From the NCBI RefSeq assembly GCF_006345805.1, contig NC_043015.1, positions 42,532,001-42,596,000 on the forward strand: a DNA stretch of 64,000 nt. Direction: 5' to 3'. Below are positions 38,877-53,160 of the stretch, piece after piece. The DNA comes from Octopus sinensis. Taxonomy: Eukaryota. The notes below the pieces were generated by a model, which was given only the letters and a program-made list of their open reading frames with translations, searched no databases and was not told the DNA's origin. A program made the position numbers and the translations under genes. Every line of letters begins with the position of its first letter. Position 1 is the stretch's first letter.

Positions 38877-39660
38877 TATAGGACGTTACATTCTGAATTA
38901 GGCCTCTGCTACCTTCTTTCATGGGAGATAGAGCCTGTGGACATCTGATTTTGGGTGGTGCATCCTGTTTAGTGTCAGCAGTTTCCTGGTCCTTATGTCC
39001 TTATGCTGGAGATCACTCAGATTCCAGTTGATGACATTAAGGCTATACTTGACAATTGGTACTGCCAGGGAGTTTATAGCTGCTATTCTATTCTGAGAGT
39101 TCAGCTCAGTATTGCTCAGTATTCAGGATCATTCTCATACGTCTATAATACTCTTTCCTGATCTTTTCTTTCATTGATCTGTGTTGAATCCGTTTCCCTT
39201 TGTGTATCCCACGATACTTATAGAAGCCTTCTCAGTCCAGGTCCTTGATAGATGTATCACGATTAAGTCGGGCTGTAGTATTAACTGTCAGTTCACCATG
39301 TTTGAGTGAAGCTTTTACACATCTGTCAAGGGCCAATTCCATAGAGATGTCATCACTGAATTTTTTTCACAGTTTCTCGTAGCCCTTTCAGATCCTTGTC
39401 AGCTTTTGCATATAACTTCAGATTGTCCATGTAAAGCAAGTGTGGGATGATCTTGTCAAACATTTTGTGACAGTAGCTTGTTACATTCAACTTGTGGGAC
39501 TGGGGAATGAGAGAAAGGGTAGAGTGGATTGCCCTGGAATATTTCACAATCTATTTTAATGTTCTCTGACAAATACGTGCCGTTTTTGTGGTTGAGAAAT
39601 AATCTTGTGTTCCATAGTCCCATCCTGTGCTGTAGAAAACCTTTTATGAAAGGAGAGATC
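38877..39660 (-). mobile_element. degenerate R4/Dong-like non-LTR RT fragment
   Basis: Across frames: HLLYMDNLKLYAK, MKEKIRKEYYRR, INSLAVP, TRKLLTLNRMHHPKSDV, RLYLP. Confidence 0.8.
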
Positions 39661-39689
39661 TTGTATATTTATTATTTATTTTCCATTGG

Positions 39690-41640
39690 TTGCTGTGCTA
39701 ACCAGTTTAGGATTATCTTTGTGAACAACTTGTATACATGGGACGAGGCATATGGGACAATAGTTTTCCACATGAGCCATCTTTCCATATCGCAAAGACC
39801 ACACTTTCCACAGCTGTTGGTGTAAGGCCTCCACTTGGCCAAGATCTTCCAGTGAATCTTATAGCCAACGCCCTATTCTTTTAAGGACTATATATAACTG
39901 GATAATTTGGTTATTTTCCTTTTATCCCAGTGTCTGAAGTTTAAGGTGTGATAGTTGAACTTGGCTTTAAAATTTCCCTCTGCGGGACCCACATATTTCT
40001 GTGACAAAACTACGTCCTTAGTGGTTGTAGAGTCTACGGTGGCTTCGTAAATGATGGCCTCGGTCATACAAGCTCCATTTAGCGGGCACAAATTTTTAAC
40101 TCTGCAGGAACAGTCGGTTTCATTTTGTTTTTGTTTGTTGTGTGCAATTAAAGTTAGTATTTAAAAAATTTTTTAAGTTGTGCCTATTAAAGATCTTTCT
40201 ATAATTATGATTGATTGGAAAATATCTATCTATAAGTGATAAGAAATGTCTATCTATATTAAAGGTCATTTCGGCGGAGTAAGGTGGTGTGAACCAGATA
40301 ATTTTCCTATTCCTATTTTTCCTTTTCTTTGTTACAGGACTAATAACAGGTGTATAAGTTATTTCCTCCCTAGAACCACTATCTTTTAGGGCTTTGTTAT
40401 ATATTGGGGCAACACTATAAAAATGTTTATATCGGAGGAATTCTCTTGCTTATGTTTTCAACTAAATTCTTGGGAACACTATGGTGGGGGGATGGCAGGA
40501 ACCTACATTAATATAGCTAAGTCTATCGTTGGGTTTTCTATAGGGTTTATAAATATTCTTATTTAAATCTAAAGATACATCTAGGACATTGTCAAGCTTC
40601 AGGTTGGTATCTCTTGTTATGCTAAGATCGAATGTTTTCATTATTTGGATAATGTCCTTCGTAAACTGATCTTGTGCTGCTCCAACTAATTGTCACATAT
40701 TATATTTATAGATAAATTCCTCTATTTTACATAATATTGAGATCTCATTCTTTTATTGCCATATTATTATTAATCACCATCATTATCGTTTTTTATATAT
40801 ACTAGATTAGAATTTTGTTTTACATAAGGTTCATGAAGTCCATTCAGTATTGAGGTTTCAATTAACATCTAGGTAATTAACAGAGTAATTCTCATTTTCA
40901 ATAGTGATTGATAATCCGAAACCCTTAAAAGATTTGTGCAGTTGTTTCTTGTGTATTTCCAGACTTCTGCTAGATATGTTCTTAACTAAAAACAAAGCGT
41001 TGTCTCTATAGAAGCCGCCATTCAATTTAGGAAATTCTCTACTTAGATTATCTAATAAATAAATCCCTTCTAAATCGGTCGTTTCTGCTGAATCTGGCGA
41101 ACCCATTGTAATATCAAACAAAACGGGCGTATCCTTCCTAGCCCATAATTTATTATTGAATTCTATAACCGTTTTTCTTGCTGCCAAAATAACCTTAATT
41201 TCTTTCATGCTAATGTTGGTGTGTCTTCTAGCAAAAATTAAAGCTTGGTTAAGAATTATAGGATTAATAGATGAGTAATAATTTTAGATATCGAATTGGA
41301 TAAATTTATGGTTACTACCGTTATTTACCTTAATACCTGAGAATCAATCCAATGCATCCTGTGTATTTTTCCATAGATTGAGCTTTATTTTATTTCTAAT
41401 AATGGGTAAATATTTATCAAGGATTAATTTACTTAATTTACCTAAGTCTGATTTACGAGGACAGATTAATCTAACTTGCGTATTATTAGGGAAATTATCT
41501 TTATGGTCCTTAATCGCTTTTTTGCAACCCTTGTCTGAGCTTAATTCTTGGATATTCAATTTGAAGTCCTCATTAAAGGTTGTTCTGTAAAAACTTGGCT
41601 TGAGAATTCTCTGAGTTCAGTAAACACATATTTGGCCAAA
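39690..41640 (-). mobile_element. degenerate Penelope-like element (RT followed by GIY-YIG endonuclease)
   Basis: VRLICPRKSDLGKLSK, FDITMGSPDSAE, YRDNAL, NYLDV, CPLNGAC...IIYEATV...YVG, IHWKILAK...CGKCGLC. Many stops and frameshifts. Confidence 0.85.
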
Positions 41641-41709
41641 TAATGGCTTATAAATGCCCAATAGTCAGTCACTTTGTGGTCCCCCTAAAATCGCTTTGCA
41701 GTTCCCTAG

Positions 41710-42110
41710 AGGACCGTGGACTCCAGTTTGAGATCCTATTATTAAAGGAGGAAATGATGGTGGCTAAATTGTGAGTAAGGCTATACCCTATTCTAATAGT
41801 TTTATTGTTAATTATTTGACAAAATTTATTCTTACCCTTCACAAAGTGCTTGTACAATAAATTATGGATTATTCTAACTATATCCGTTTTAATTTGCATT
41901 GCATATGGGATTATCAGCCATAGTGCATCATTATCACTATGTGGGTTACCTATCAAATTCGTATTGTCGGCAAAAACTCTGTTCCTCTTCCAACCCATAT
42001 GCCCTCTACGATTAATATTACCAAGATTATGACTAAAATCATTGTTAAAATTGGTTTTATTATTATTATTACAGTGTAAATAAGTTTTTCTGTTATCGTA
42101 GATAATATCA
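41710..42110 (-). mobile_element. second, diverged Penelope-like fragment (RT-EN linker)
   Basis: LWLIIPYAMQIKTDIVRIIHNLLYKHF...IRIGYSLTHNLATIISSFNNRI parallels the linker of the first copy at about 40150-40350. Confidence 0.6.
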
Positions 42111-45100
42111 TTATTAGATAGTAGGTGCAATTTGAAAGAGATTTAACTGCTCTTTCTTTCATGCCAAATGAGTTCTCAAAGAACCCATTGCTCACTTGTA
42201 ATCTTCTTTGGTTAATGTTCATACTAATGCTTATATTCTGAGCTTATCCACTGAAGAAGACGATGATGATGATCACCGCACTTTAGATTAAGACAGTGAA
42301 AATGTTACCTGTATGTGCAACTTTATAATTGCCATTGTGATAAAAGATCTATCATATTCAAAGGTAAAACCTTCTGTCTAGACATTTCGGAGAGAAAGAG
42401 TGGACAGGTTTCCATTTTGTGTTATTTTATAGTTGCCTTTTGCGATAACAAGGTCTGTCATATAAGAGTATCTAAATGTCTTCTCTGAAGACATTTTAGA
42501 GAAAAGAAGTGGAAATGTCATTCATGTGCCCAACTTCATAATTATTGCCATTGTTGTAACAAGATCGATCGTGTTCAGATTTCTGAAGTCTATTTCTCCA
42601 GGTTGTGAGGCTTGTTTATGGCACATTTTTTTTTTGTTTTTTGTGTATATGGATGAAGTCTGGTCTTGCAATCCATTGCCCTCTGAGGGGCCCCTGTTGG
42701 GTGCAAGAGATACATTGTCTCAGATATCCAGGGGTGACGGGACAGTGTCGTATCTTTCATGCTGTTATTTGGGGTGGTATTTCTAATCAATATTGTAACA
42801 AATAAGAATCATCTTCTACGGGCCTTGCACCTTGAGTGTGCTTAATGGAGATTTTCATGTAAAGTGTAACCCCAAATACAATGCAAGCCCTAACATGGTG
42901 ACTAGGCAAGGATTAGGGACACCAAGTTCCGCCTGTGTAACTTGCAACAAACTCCCACAGACTCAGAGGTTACACTGGCCGATGGAGGCCATGGGTGGCA
43001 CCAATTTCCATAGCTGTTCACATGAACAGCTGCTTACAGAATGATATTATCTGCTATGTCCTTCCTTTTAGATGTCATATGCTATTTGAAAGAGATTTAA
43101 CTGCTCTTTCTTTCATGCCCAGTGGATTCCCAGAGAATTCAGTACTAACTTGTGATTTGGTGTGGGTAATGCTCGTACTAATGTTCATACGCTGAACTTA
43201 TCCACTGAAGATGATGATGATTTAGTAACAATCATCATCACACTTTGGAGAAAAAGAGTAGAAACGATACTGGCGATAACCAACAGACTTGTTGCCATTG
43301 TGGTAAAGGTTATTTCTTGTTCAAAGTAGAATCTTCTGAGACCCTTTGGATAATAAATGTTGAAATGTTAACTATTGCCATAAAAAACATCATTACACTT
43401 TGGACAAAAATAGTAGAAATGTTTCCCGTAGAACTAACTTTCTAATTGCCATTGTGGTAAAGGTTCTTTCTCATTCAAAGTAGAATCTTCTGAGATCCTT
43501 TGGATAATTAAAGTTGAAATGTTATCCATATGCCTAATTGCATAATTATTGCCAGTAAAAGGACCGTGACCGGGTGGAGTCTAGTCTTGTGCTCCATTCG
43601 GCGCCCTGTATAACTTGCTGCAAGTCTCCCACAGATGCTGAAATTTCACAGACCTATGCAGGGCATGGATGTCGCCAATTCCCTGAGATGTTCATACGGA
43701 CATCCAAATACAGAACGCCATCTAATGTGTCCTTTTTTGTAGATGTTAGGTGCGACTTGAAAGATATTCTGAGTTCTCAGAATCTGTTGGTCAGTTGTAA
43801 TCTTTGGTTAATGTTTGTACTATTGTTCATATGCTGAGCTTATCCACGAAAGAAGAATACAGGTGAGCAACAATCACCGTCATACTTCAGGTAAAGAGAG
43901 TGCAAAAGTTACCTGTATAATGTTCCAAGCAGAATCATTTGTTAATAAACACTCGGAAAAAACATGCTAATGTTACCGGTGTGTCTAATTTCACAATTAT
44001 TGCAATTGTGGTAACAAGAACTTTCACATGCTGTTGTTGTAATAAAACTTATCATATTACAAGTCGTACCTTCTGTCGAGACTCATCAGGTAAAAAAAAA
44101 AGTGGAAAATGTTTCCCTTGTGCCCAACTTCATAACTTTTGCCATTTTGGTAAGAAGATCCTTTATGTCACGAGTCAAATCTTCTGGCAGGATGCTTCGG
44201 ATGAAAAGAATGGATGTCCCTGCTCCAGACTCAAAGTCTTGTTAAACAGCACTTCAATACCTTTTTGGTTATATCGACAGAAGATTACAACTCAGCAACA
44301 ATCATCATCACTTTTTGGATGGAAAGAGTGGATATGTTACCACTATGCCTTACTTTACAGTTGCCATTATGGTAAGATTTATCATATTTATACTTTATTC
44401 TTTTGTCAAGATATTTAGGATGAAAAAAAGTGGATAGGAATATCTTGCTCCCGGCATGTGATTATTACCATTGGATAATGCTCGTACTAATGTTCATAGG
44501 CGGAACTTATCCACTGAAGATGATGATGATTTAGTAAAAATCATCATCACACTTTGGAGAAAAAGAGTAGAAATGTTCAGATAACCAACAGACCTATTGC
44601 CATTGTGGTAAAGATTCTTTCTCGTTCAAAGTAGAATCTTCTGAGACCCTTTGGATAATCAATGTTGAAATGTTATCCGTATACCTAATTGCATAATTAT
44701 TGCCATTATGATGGCAACACCTATCACATGCCTTTGTGCTAAGAAGACCTATTGTATTAAATGTTGAATCTTCTGTCTAAGATATTTTGGATAAAAAGAC
44801 TCAAATAATCAGACTTTTGCTGATGTAGGTATATAATAGAATTACTGATTAAAAAGCTATGGGCCTATTTGTGGAAACGTTACACATATACCTAACTAGA
44901 TAACTATTGCCATTGTGGCAACAGGATCTATATATTCAAAGTGGAATCTTCTGTCAAGGCACTTTGGATGAAAAGAGTAGAATTGTTCCCATTATGTGTA
45001 ACTTTATAATTGCTTTTGTTGTAACAAATTCTTTGGATAAAAAGAGTGGAAACGTTTCCACTTTGTGTCACTTTGTAATTGCTTTTGTTGTAACAAGTTC

Positions 45101-48100
45101 TACCACCTTCAAACTTCTGATGTCTATTGCTCCACACTCTGCTCTTGTTAAATGGCACTGAATTGCCTTTTTGTTTATATCGATAGGCCACTTACATTTG
45201 TGAGCATGTTGTGTATCATAACCAGTAAAAGGACCAAAACCTGGTGGAGTTTGACCTTTCACTACATTGCCTTCCTGCCTCATTGTTGGGTGTAGGAGAT
45301 CTGTTGTCTCCGACATCCAGGAGTGAGGAAATGGTGTAATGCCTTTCACAGATGGTCGTAGTCTCACGTGGTGAAACCATCCAGTAACAACTCCATTCAG
45401 AAAGTTGGAATAGATGTCATTTGAAGAAAGAACTCTGTACAGAGCTGCTCAATCAGTTTTAGGTTTTCGTATGCATTATGTAAGAGCCAAAGAGGTCATG
45501 TCCTTGCACGCTTCTGTCACAATGATAAGGAGAAAGGACTAAGTGGGGAACCTCAGAGTTACTTGCTCTGCCATCTGGTTGCTCACCCCAGATGCAGTAC
45601 CAGCCCTAACATGGTGACCGGCCATGGATTAGGGATGCAAATTTCTGCCTGTGTAATTTACCTCAGGACTCCCACAGATGCAGAGGTTTCACTGGTCTAA
45701 GTAGAGCATGGGTGACACCAATTTCCATAGTTGTTCACATGAACAGCTGCATACAGAATGACGTTATCTGCTATGTCCTTCCTTTTAGATGTCATGTGCG
45801 ATTTGAAAGAGATTTAACTGCTCTTTCTTTCATACCCAGTAGATTCTCACAGAATTCATTACTAACTTGTGATTTGGTTTGGGTAATGCTTGTACTAATG
45901 TTCATACGCTGAACTTATCCACTGAAGATGATGATGATTTAGTAACAATCATCATCACACTTTGGAGAAAAAGAGTAGAAACGATACTGGCGATAACCAA
46001 CAGACTTGTTGCCATTGTGGTAAAGGTTATTTCTCGTTCAAAGTAGAATCTTCTGAGACCCTTTGGATAATAAATGTTGAAATGTTAACTATTGCCATAA
46101 AAAACATCATTACACTTTGGACAAAAATAGTAGAAATGTTTCCCGTAGAACTAACTTTCTAATTGCCATTGTGGTAAAGGTTATTTCTCATTCAAAGTAG
46201 AATCTTCTGAGATCCTTTGGATAATTAAAGTTGAAATGTTATCCATATGCCTAATTGCATAATTATTGCCAGTAAAAGGACCGTGACCGGGTGGAGTCTA
46301 GTCTTGTGCTCCATTCGGCGCCCTGTATAACTTGCTGCAAGTCTCCCACAGATGCTGAAATTTCACTGACCTATGCAGGGCATGGATGTCGCCAATTCCC
46401 TGAGATGTTCATACGGACATCCAAATACAGAACGCCATCTAATGTGTCCTTTTTTGTAGATGTTAGGTGCGACTTGAAAGATATTCTGAGTTCTCAGAAT
46501 CTGTTGGTCAGTTGTAATCTTTGGTTAATGTTTGTACTATTGTTCATATGCTGAGCTTATCCACGAAAGAAGAATACAGGTGAGCAACAATCACTGTCAT
46601 ACTTCAGGTAAAGAGAGTGCAAAAGTTACCTGTATAATGTTCCAAGCAGAATCATTTGTTAATAAACACTCGGAAAAAACATGCTAATGTTACCGGTGTG
46701 ACTAATTTCACAATTATTGCAATTGTGGTAACAAGAACTTTCACATGCTGTTGTTGTAATAAAACTTATCATATTACAAGTCGTACCTTCTGTCGAGACT
46801 CATCAGGTAAAAAAAAAAGTGGAAATGTTTCCCTTGTGCCCAACTTCATAACTTTTGCCATTTTGGTAAGAAGATCCTTTATGTCACGAGTCAAATCTTC
46901 TGGCAGGATGCTTCGGATGAAAAAAATGGATGTCCCTGCTCCAGACTCAGTCTTGTTAAACAGCACTTCAATACCTTTTTGGTTATATCGACAGAAGATT
47001 ACAACTCAGCAACAATCATCATCACTTTTTGGATGAAAAGAGTGGATATGTTACCACTATGCCTTACTTTACAGTTGCCATTATGGTAAGATTTATCATA
47101 TTTATACTTTATTCTTTTGTCAAGATATTTAGGATGAAAAAAAGTGGATAGGAATATCTTGCTCCCGGCATGTGATTATTACCATTGGATAATGCTCGTA
47201 CTAATGTTCATAGGCGGAACTTATCCACTGAAGATGATGATGATTTAGTAAAAATCATCATCACACTTTGGAGAAAAAGAGTAGAAATGTTCTGATAACC
47301 AACAGACCTATTGCCATTGTGGTAAAGATTCTTTCTCGTTCAAAGTAGAATCTTCTGAGACCCTTTGGATAATCAATGTTGAAATGTTATCCGTATACCT
47401 AATTGCATAATTATTGCCATTATGATGGCAACACCTATCACATGCCTTTGTGCTAAGAAGACCTATTGTATTAAATGTTGAATCTTCTGTCTAAGATATT
47501 TTGGATAAAAAGACTCAAATAATCAGACTTTTGCTGATGTAGGTATATAATAGAATTACTGATTAAAAAGCTATGGGCCTATTTGTGGAAACGTTACACA
47601 TATACCTAACTAGATAACTATTGCCATTGTGGCAACAGGATCTATTATATTCAAAGTGGAATCTTCTGTCAAGGCACTTTGGATGAAAAGAGTAGAATTG
47701 TTCCCATTATGTGTAACTTTATAATTGCTTTTGTTGTAACAAATTCTTTGGATAAAAAGAGTGGAAACGTTTCCACTTTGTGTCACTTTGTAATTGCTTT
47801 TGTTGTAACAAGTTCTACCACCTTCAAACTTCTGATGTCTATTGCTCCACACTCTGCTCTTGTTAAATGGCACTGAATTGCCTTTTTGTTTATATCGATA
47901 GGCCACTTACATTTGTGAGCATGTTGTGTATCATAACCAGTAAAAGGACCAAAACCTGGTGGAGTTTGACCTTTCACTACATTGCCTTCCTGCCTCATTG
48001 TTGGGTGTAGGAGATCTGTTGTCTCCGACATCCAGGAGTGAGGAAATGGTGTAATGCCTTTCACAGATGGTCGTAGTCTCACGTGGTGAAACCATCCAGT

Positions 48101-49886
48101 AACAACTCCATTCAGAAAGTTGGAATAGATGTCATTTGAAGAAAGAACTCTGTACAGAGCTGCTCAATCGGTTTTAGGTTTTCGTATGCATTATGTAAGA
48201 GCCAAAGAGGTCATGTCCTTGCACGCTTCTGTCACAATGATAAGGAGAAAGGACTAAGTGGGGAACCTCAGAGTTACTTGCTCTGCCATCTGGTTGCTCA
48301 CCCCAGATGCAGTACCAGCCCTAACATGGTGACCGGCCATGGATTAGGGATGCAAATTTCTGCCTGTGTAATTTACCTCAGGACTCCCACAGATGCAGAG
48401 GTTTCACTGGTCTAAGTAGAGCATGGGTGACACCAATTTCCATAGTTGTTCACATGAACAGCTGCATACAGAATGACGTTATCTGCTATGTCCTTCCTTT
48501 TAGATGTCATGTGCGATTTGAAAGAGATTTAACTGCTCTTTCTTTCATACCCAGTAGATTCTCACAGAATTCATTACTAACTTGTGATTTGGTTTGGGTA
48601 ATGCTTGTACTAATGTTCATACGCTGAACTTATCCACTGAAGATGATGATGATTTAGTAACAATCATCATCACACTTTGGAGAAAAAGAGTAGAAACGAT
48701 ACTGGCGATAACCAACAGACTTGTTGCCATTGTGGTAAAGGTTATTTCTCGTTCAAAGTAGAATCTTCTGAGACCCTTTGGATAATAACAGTTGAAATGT
48801 TATCCGTATGCCTAATTGCATAATTATTGCCATTATGATAGCAACACCTATCACATGCCATAGTGCTAAGAAGACCTATTGTATTCAAAGTTGAATCTTC
48901 AGTCTAAGATATTTTGGATAAAAAGACTCAAATAATCAGACTTTTGCTGACGTAGATACATATTAGAATTACTGATTAAAAAGCTATGGGCCTATTTGTG
49001 TAAATATGCCATGCCTACCTTGTGGAAACGTTACACATATACCTATCTAGATAACTATTGCCATGGTGGCAACAGGATTTATTATATTCAAAGTGAAATC
49101 TTCTGTCAAGGCACTTTGGATGAAAAGAGTGGAAATGTTTCCAATATGTGTCACTTTATAATTGCTTTTGGATAAAAAGACTAGAACTGTGGCCCGTATA
49201 ACCAACAAAATAATTGCCATTGTGGTAAAGGTTCTTTCTCTTTCAAAGTAGAATCTTCTGAGACTCTTTGGATAATAACAGTTAAAATGTTATCCGTATG
49301 CCTAATTGCATAATTATTGCCATTATGATGGCAACACCTATCACATGCCATTGTGCTAAGAGGACCTATTGTATTAAATGTTGAATCTTCTGTCTAAGAT
49401 ATTTTGGATAAAAAGACTCAAATAATCAGACTTTTGCTGATGTAGGTATATAATAGAATTACTGATTAAAAAGCTATGGGCCTATTTGTGGAAACGTTAC
49501 ACATATACCTAACTAGATAACTATTGCCATTGTGGCAACGGGATCTATTATATTCAAAGTGGAATCTTCTGTCAAGGCACTTTGGAGGAAAAGAGTAGAA
49601 TTGTTCCCATTCTGCGTCACTTTATAATTTCTTTTGTTGTAACAAATTCTTTGGATAAAAAGAGTGGAAACGTTTCCAATATGTGTCACTTTATAATTGC
49701 TTTTGGACAAAAAGAGTAGAACTGTGGCCCGTATAACCAACTAACTGATTGCCATTGTGGTAAAGGTTCTTTCTCGTTCAAAGTAGAATCTTCTGAGACC
49801 CTTTGGATAATAACAGTTGAAATGTTATCCGTATGCCTAATTGCATAATTATTGCCATTATGATAGCAACAACTTTCTGATATCTT

Positions 49887-51487
49887 CTGTGGGGGTCAAA
49901 AGTGTTTGCAAATTGTATATATTGATAAATTTATGCTTCAATATTTTCCAATATAATAACTTATGTTACTCATTGTTCGATATGCAAATATATAATGTAA
50001 ATTCCTAGAGACGGAAACCAAATAATCATATTCTGGGGGGAAAATATGGATTTTAAAAAAATTTGCGAAAGAAATATGGGCCAAAAGAGTTTGCAAGACT
50101 CATTTATTCGAAATAAATAACATTTTTAAACATAATATAATTTGAAACATTGTGTCATTATGATAATCGTACCATATATTGATAACATATTACAAGAAAT
50201 CAACAGTTATTGCTCAAATAACAATTAACAAAACAATACAAATTTATAAAACAATTTAACCCTTGATACGCTTTCCTCCATTCTTAATCAAATCCATCAG
50301 CCTCCTATCAACAGAGGATGTTAATTTATGCACTTGTTGAGGTGTGATTTCAGAAGATACTTCCTTGATCCTCTCCCAATGTCTTTTTTACTGTTGAATT
50401 GATGCCCGTTTTCGTAAACCGTCCTCTTCAGAATCGACCAGAGGTTCTCTATCGGATTCAAATCCGGGCTCTGAGGTGGCCAGTCCATCAGACGTTCACC
50501 AGAGATCCCCTGCTCTGAAAGCCAAGCTTTTGTGAACCGAGAAGCATGGCTTGGGGCATTGTCTTGTTGAATAATGAGATTCTGGTTGACAGCATCATTT
50601 TGTGAATTCAACCAGGGCAATAAATTCTCTTCCAAAAACTCGCAGTAGTTCACAGAATTCATTTTGACACCTTCAGGGACAAGAAAAGGACCAACAATCT
50701 CACTTCCAATAATCCCAGCCCAAATCATCACTCTCCCTCCTCCCTGTTGACATCTGAATCGCAAGCATGGGCTATTGCCTTTAAGAAGCCATCCCTTGGT
50801 CCAACCATCGGGACCGTCGAGGGTTGCTCTAGCCTTGTCAGTCCAGAGAACATTTTGAAAATTGGTTTTCAAATATTTAGTGGCCCATGCTAGTCGCTTC
50901 TGAGAGTTGATATCACTCAAAGGAGGACGTTTTGTCAGTGTTCTCTGGTCGGCTATTTGTTTCAAAATCCGATTTCGGGTCCTTTTAGAGATGTCAGACA
51001 CTCCTGCATGGTCGAAAATAGCTTTGCTTGTTCTGTGTGGGTTTGCTAGCACACTCCTCTTGATTTTTCTAAAATCTCGTGGTGAAATCACCTTTGGTCT
51101 GCCACTTTTGTGCTTTTTTCTTCCATCTTTGCCGTCAATGACGAAACGTTTGACAGTTCGATGATCTCGTTTCAAAATTTTTGAAATTTCTAATGTAGAC
51201 TTCTTTGCAGCAAGTAATTTAACAATTTCACCCTTCTCGCTATCTGTCAACATCTTTCCTTTAGCCATTATTAATAAATTTATGTTACCTGCATAAACTT
51301 TTGGCTCACCTGAAAAGAGGAAAATGTTTAACAATTATTAAATTCTGGGTTTTTTCGTAAAATGTAGTAATGAAAAAAAACAGAATGGCAACCAGCAAAT
51401 GATGGAAGAGGTGAAACTAAAAAATAAAGCAAAATTAATAAAGAAATTGAGAAAAAATAGATCTGCAAACTCTTTTGTCCCCCACAG
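49887..51487 (-). mobile_element. Tc1-like transposon with DD37E spacing, inserted in the satellite
   Basis: 24 bp TIRs CTGTGGGGGTCAAAAGTGTTTGCA (2 mismatches). Right TA TSD intact, left reads TT. An empty site GATATC-TA-TTTCTATCAG is at 56135-56136. Confidence 0.92.
50256..51268 (-). pseudogene. Tc1-like transposase with a C-terminal frameshift
   Basis: MAKGKMLTDSEK start, WTDK(E)ARATLDGPDGW, QQDNAPSH, SPDLNPIENLW. The C-terminus WERIKEVSS...NGGKRIKG* is in another frame after about 50385. Confidence 0.88.
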
Positions 51488-52842
51488 TATTTCTATCAGG
51501 AATAAACATTCTGATGTCTGTTTCTCCTGACTGTGAGTGAGTCACGTTAAATGGCACTTAAATGTGTTTTTGTTTATATTGACTGACCATTGCACTTCCA
51601 AGCATTTTGTGTATTTAGACCAGTAAAAGGACCAAGACCGGGTGGAGTCTAGTCTTGTGCTCCATTCGGCGCCCTGTATAACTTGCTACAAGTCTCCCAC
51701 AGATGCTGAAATTTCACTGACCTATGCAGGGCATGGATGTCACCAATTCCCTGAGATGTTCATACGGACATCCAAATACAGAACGCCATCTAATGTGTCC
51801 TTTTTTGTAGATGTTAGGTGCGACTTGAAAGATATTCTGAGTTCTCAGAGAATCTGTTGGTCAGTTGTAATCTTTGGTTAATGTTTGTACTATTGTTCAT
51901 ATGCTGAGCTTATCCACGAAAGAAGAATACAGGTGAGCAGCAATCACCGTCATACTTCAGGTAAAGAGAGTGCCAAAGTTACCTGTATAATGTTCCAAGC
52001 AGAATCATTTGTTAATAAACACTCGGAAAAAACATGCAAATGTTACCGGTGTGTCTAATTTCACAATTATTGCAATTATGGTAACAAGAACTTTCACATG
52101 CTGTTGTTGTAATAAAACTTATCATATTACAAGTCGTACCTTCTGTCGAGACTCATCAGGTAAAAAAAAAAGTGGAAAATGTTTCCCTTGTGCCCAACTT
52201 CATAACTTTTGCCATTTTGGTAAGAAGATCCTTTATGTCACGAGTCAAATCTTCCGGCAGGATGCTTCGGATGAAAAGAATGGATGTCCCTGCTCCAGAC
52301 TCAGTCTTGTTAAACGGCACTTCAATACCTTTTTGGTTATATCGACAGAAGATTACAACTCAGCAATCATCATCATCACTTTTTGGATGAAAAGAGTGGA
52401 TATGTTACCACTATGCCTTACTTTACAGCTGCCATTATGGTAAGATTTATCATATTTATACTTTATTCTTTTGTCAAGATATTTAGGATGAAAAAAAGTG
52501 GATAGGAATCCCTTGCTTCCAGCATGTGATTATTACCATTGGATAATGCTCGTACTAATGTTCATACGCTGAACTCATCCACTGAAGATGATGATGATTT
52601 AGTAACAATCATCATCACACTTTGGAGAAAAAGAGTAGAAATGTTCAGATAACCAACAGACCTATTGCCATTGTGGTAAAGATTCTTTCTCGTTCAAAGT
52701 AGAATCTTCTGAGACCCTTTGGATAATCAATGTTGAAATGTTAACTATTGCCATAAAAATCATCATCACACTTTGGACAAAAAGAGTAGAAATGTTTCCC
52801 GTAGAACTAACTTTCTAATTGCCATTGTGGTAAAGGTTCTTT

Positions 52843-53124
52843 GAAAATCTTATCAAGTTTTCTATTCAGTTCTTCAATTTTTCTCTTAAGTGCTCTATTC
52901 TCAGTTTTGAGAATCCAACACTCGCATTTACTTATTTCATTATTACAGAAAAGTGAAGAGCTACCGTCTGTCCGGTCTGCAGCCTCCATTTCTTCATAAT
53001 CAGTGGCAGTAAATCCGTTCCTAGCAACATCAGCACACTCACTGTTTCACATTCCTTCAATAATTTCTTCAGTATTAGAAATATCTGGTGTTGCTGGTGG
53101 CAGTGGCTCTTCCATACCTGTCAT
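52843..53124 (-). pseudogene. unknown acidic/coiled-coil ORF downstream of the Rep, one internal stop, truncated by satellite
   Basis: MTGMEEPLPP...EGM*NSEC...CECWILKTENRALKRKIEELNRKLDKIFK. TGA at 53049-53047; heptad pattern at the C-terminus. Confidence 0.5.
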
Positions 53125-53160
53125 TGCAAAAACAAATTCGTTGTTGATATTTCCATATAT

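Noticed and set aside
52938-52946. CATTATTAC resembling a CRESS origin nonanucleotide
   Set aside because: No convincing flanking stem, and it lies inside the coiled-coil ORF.
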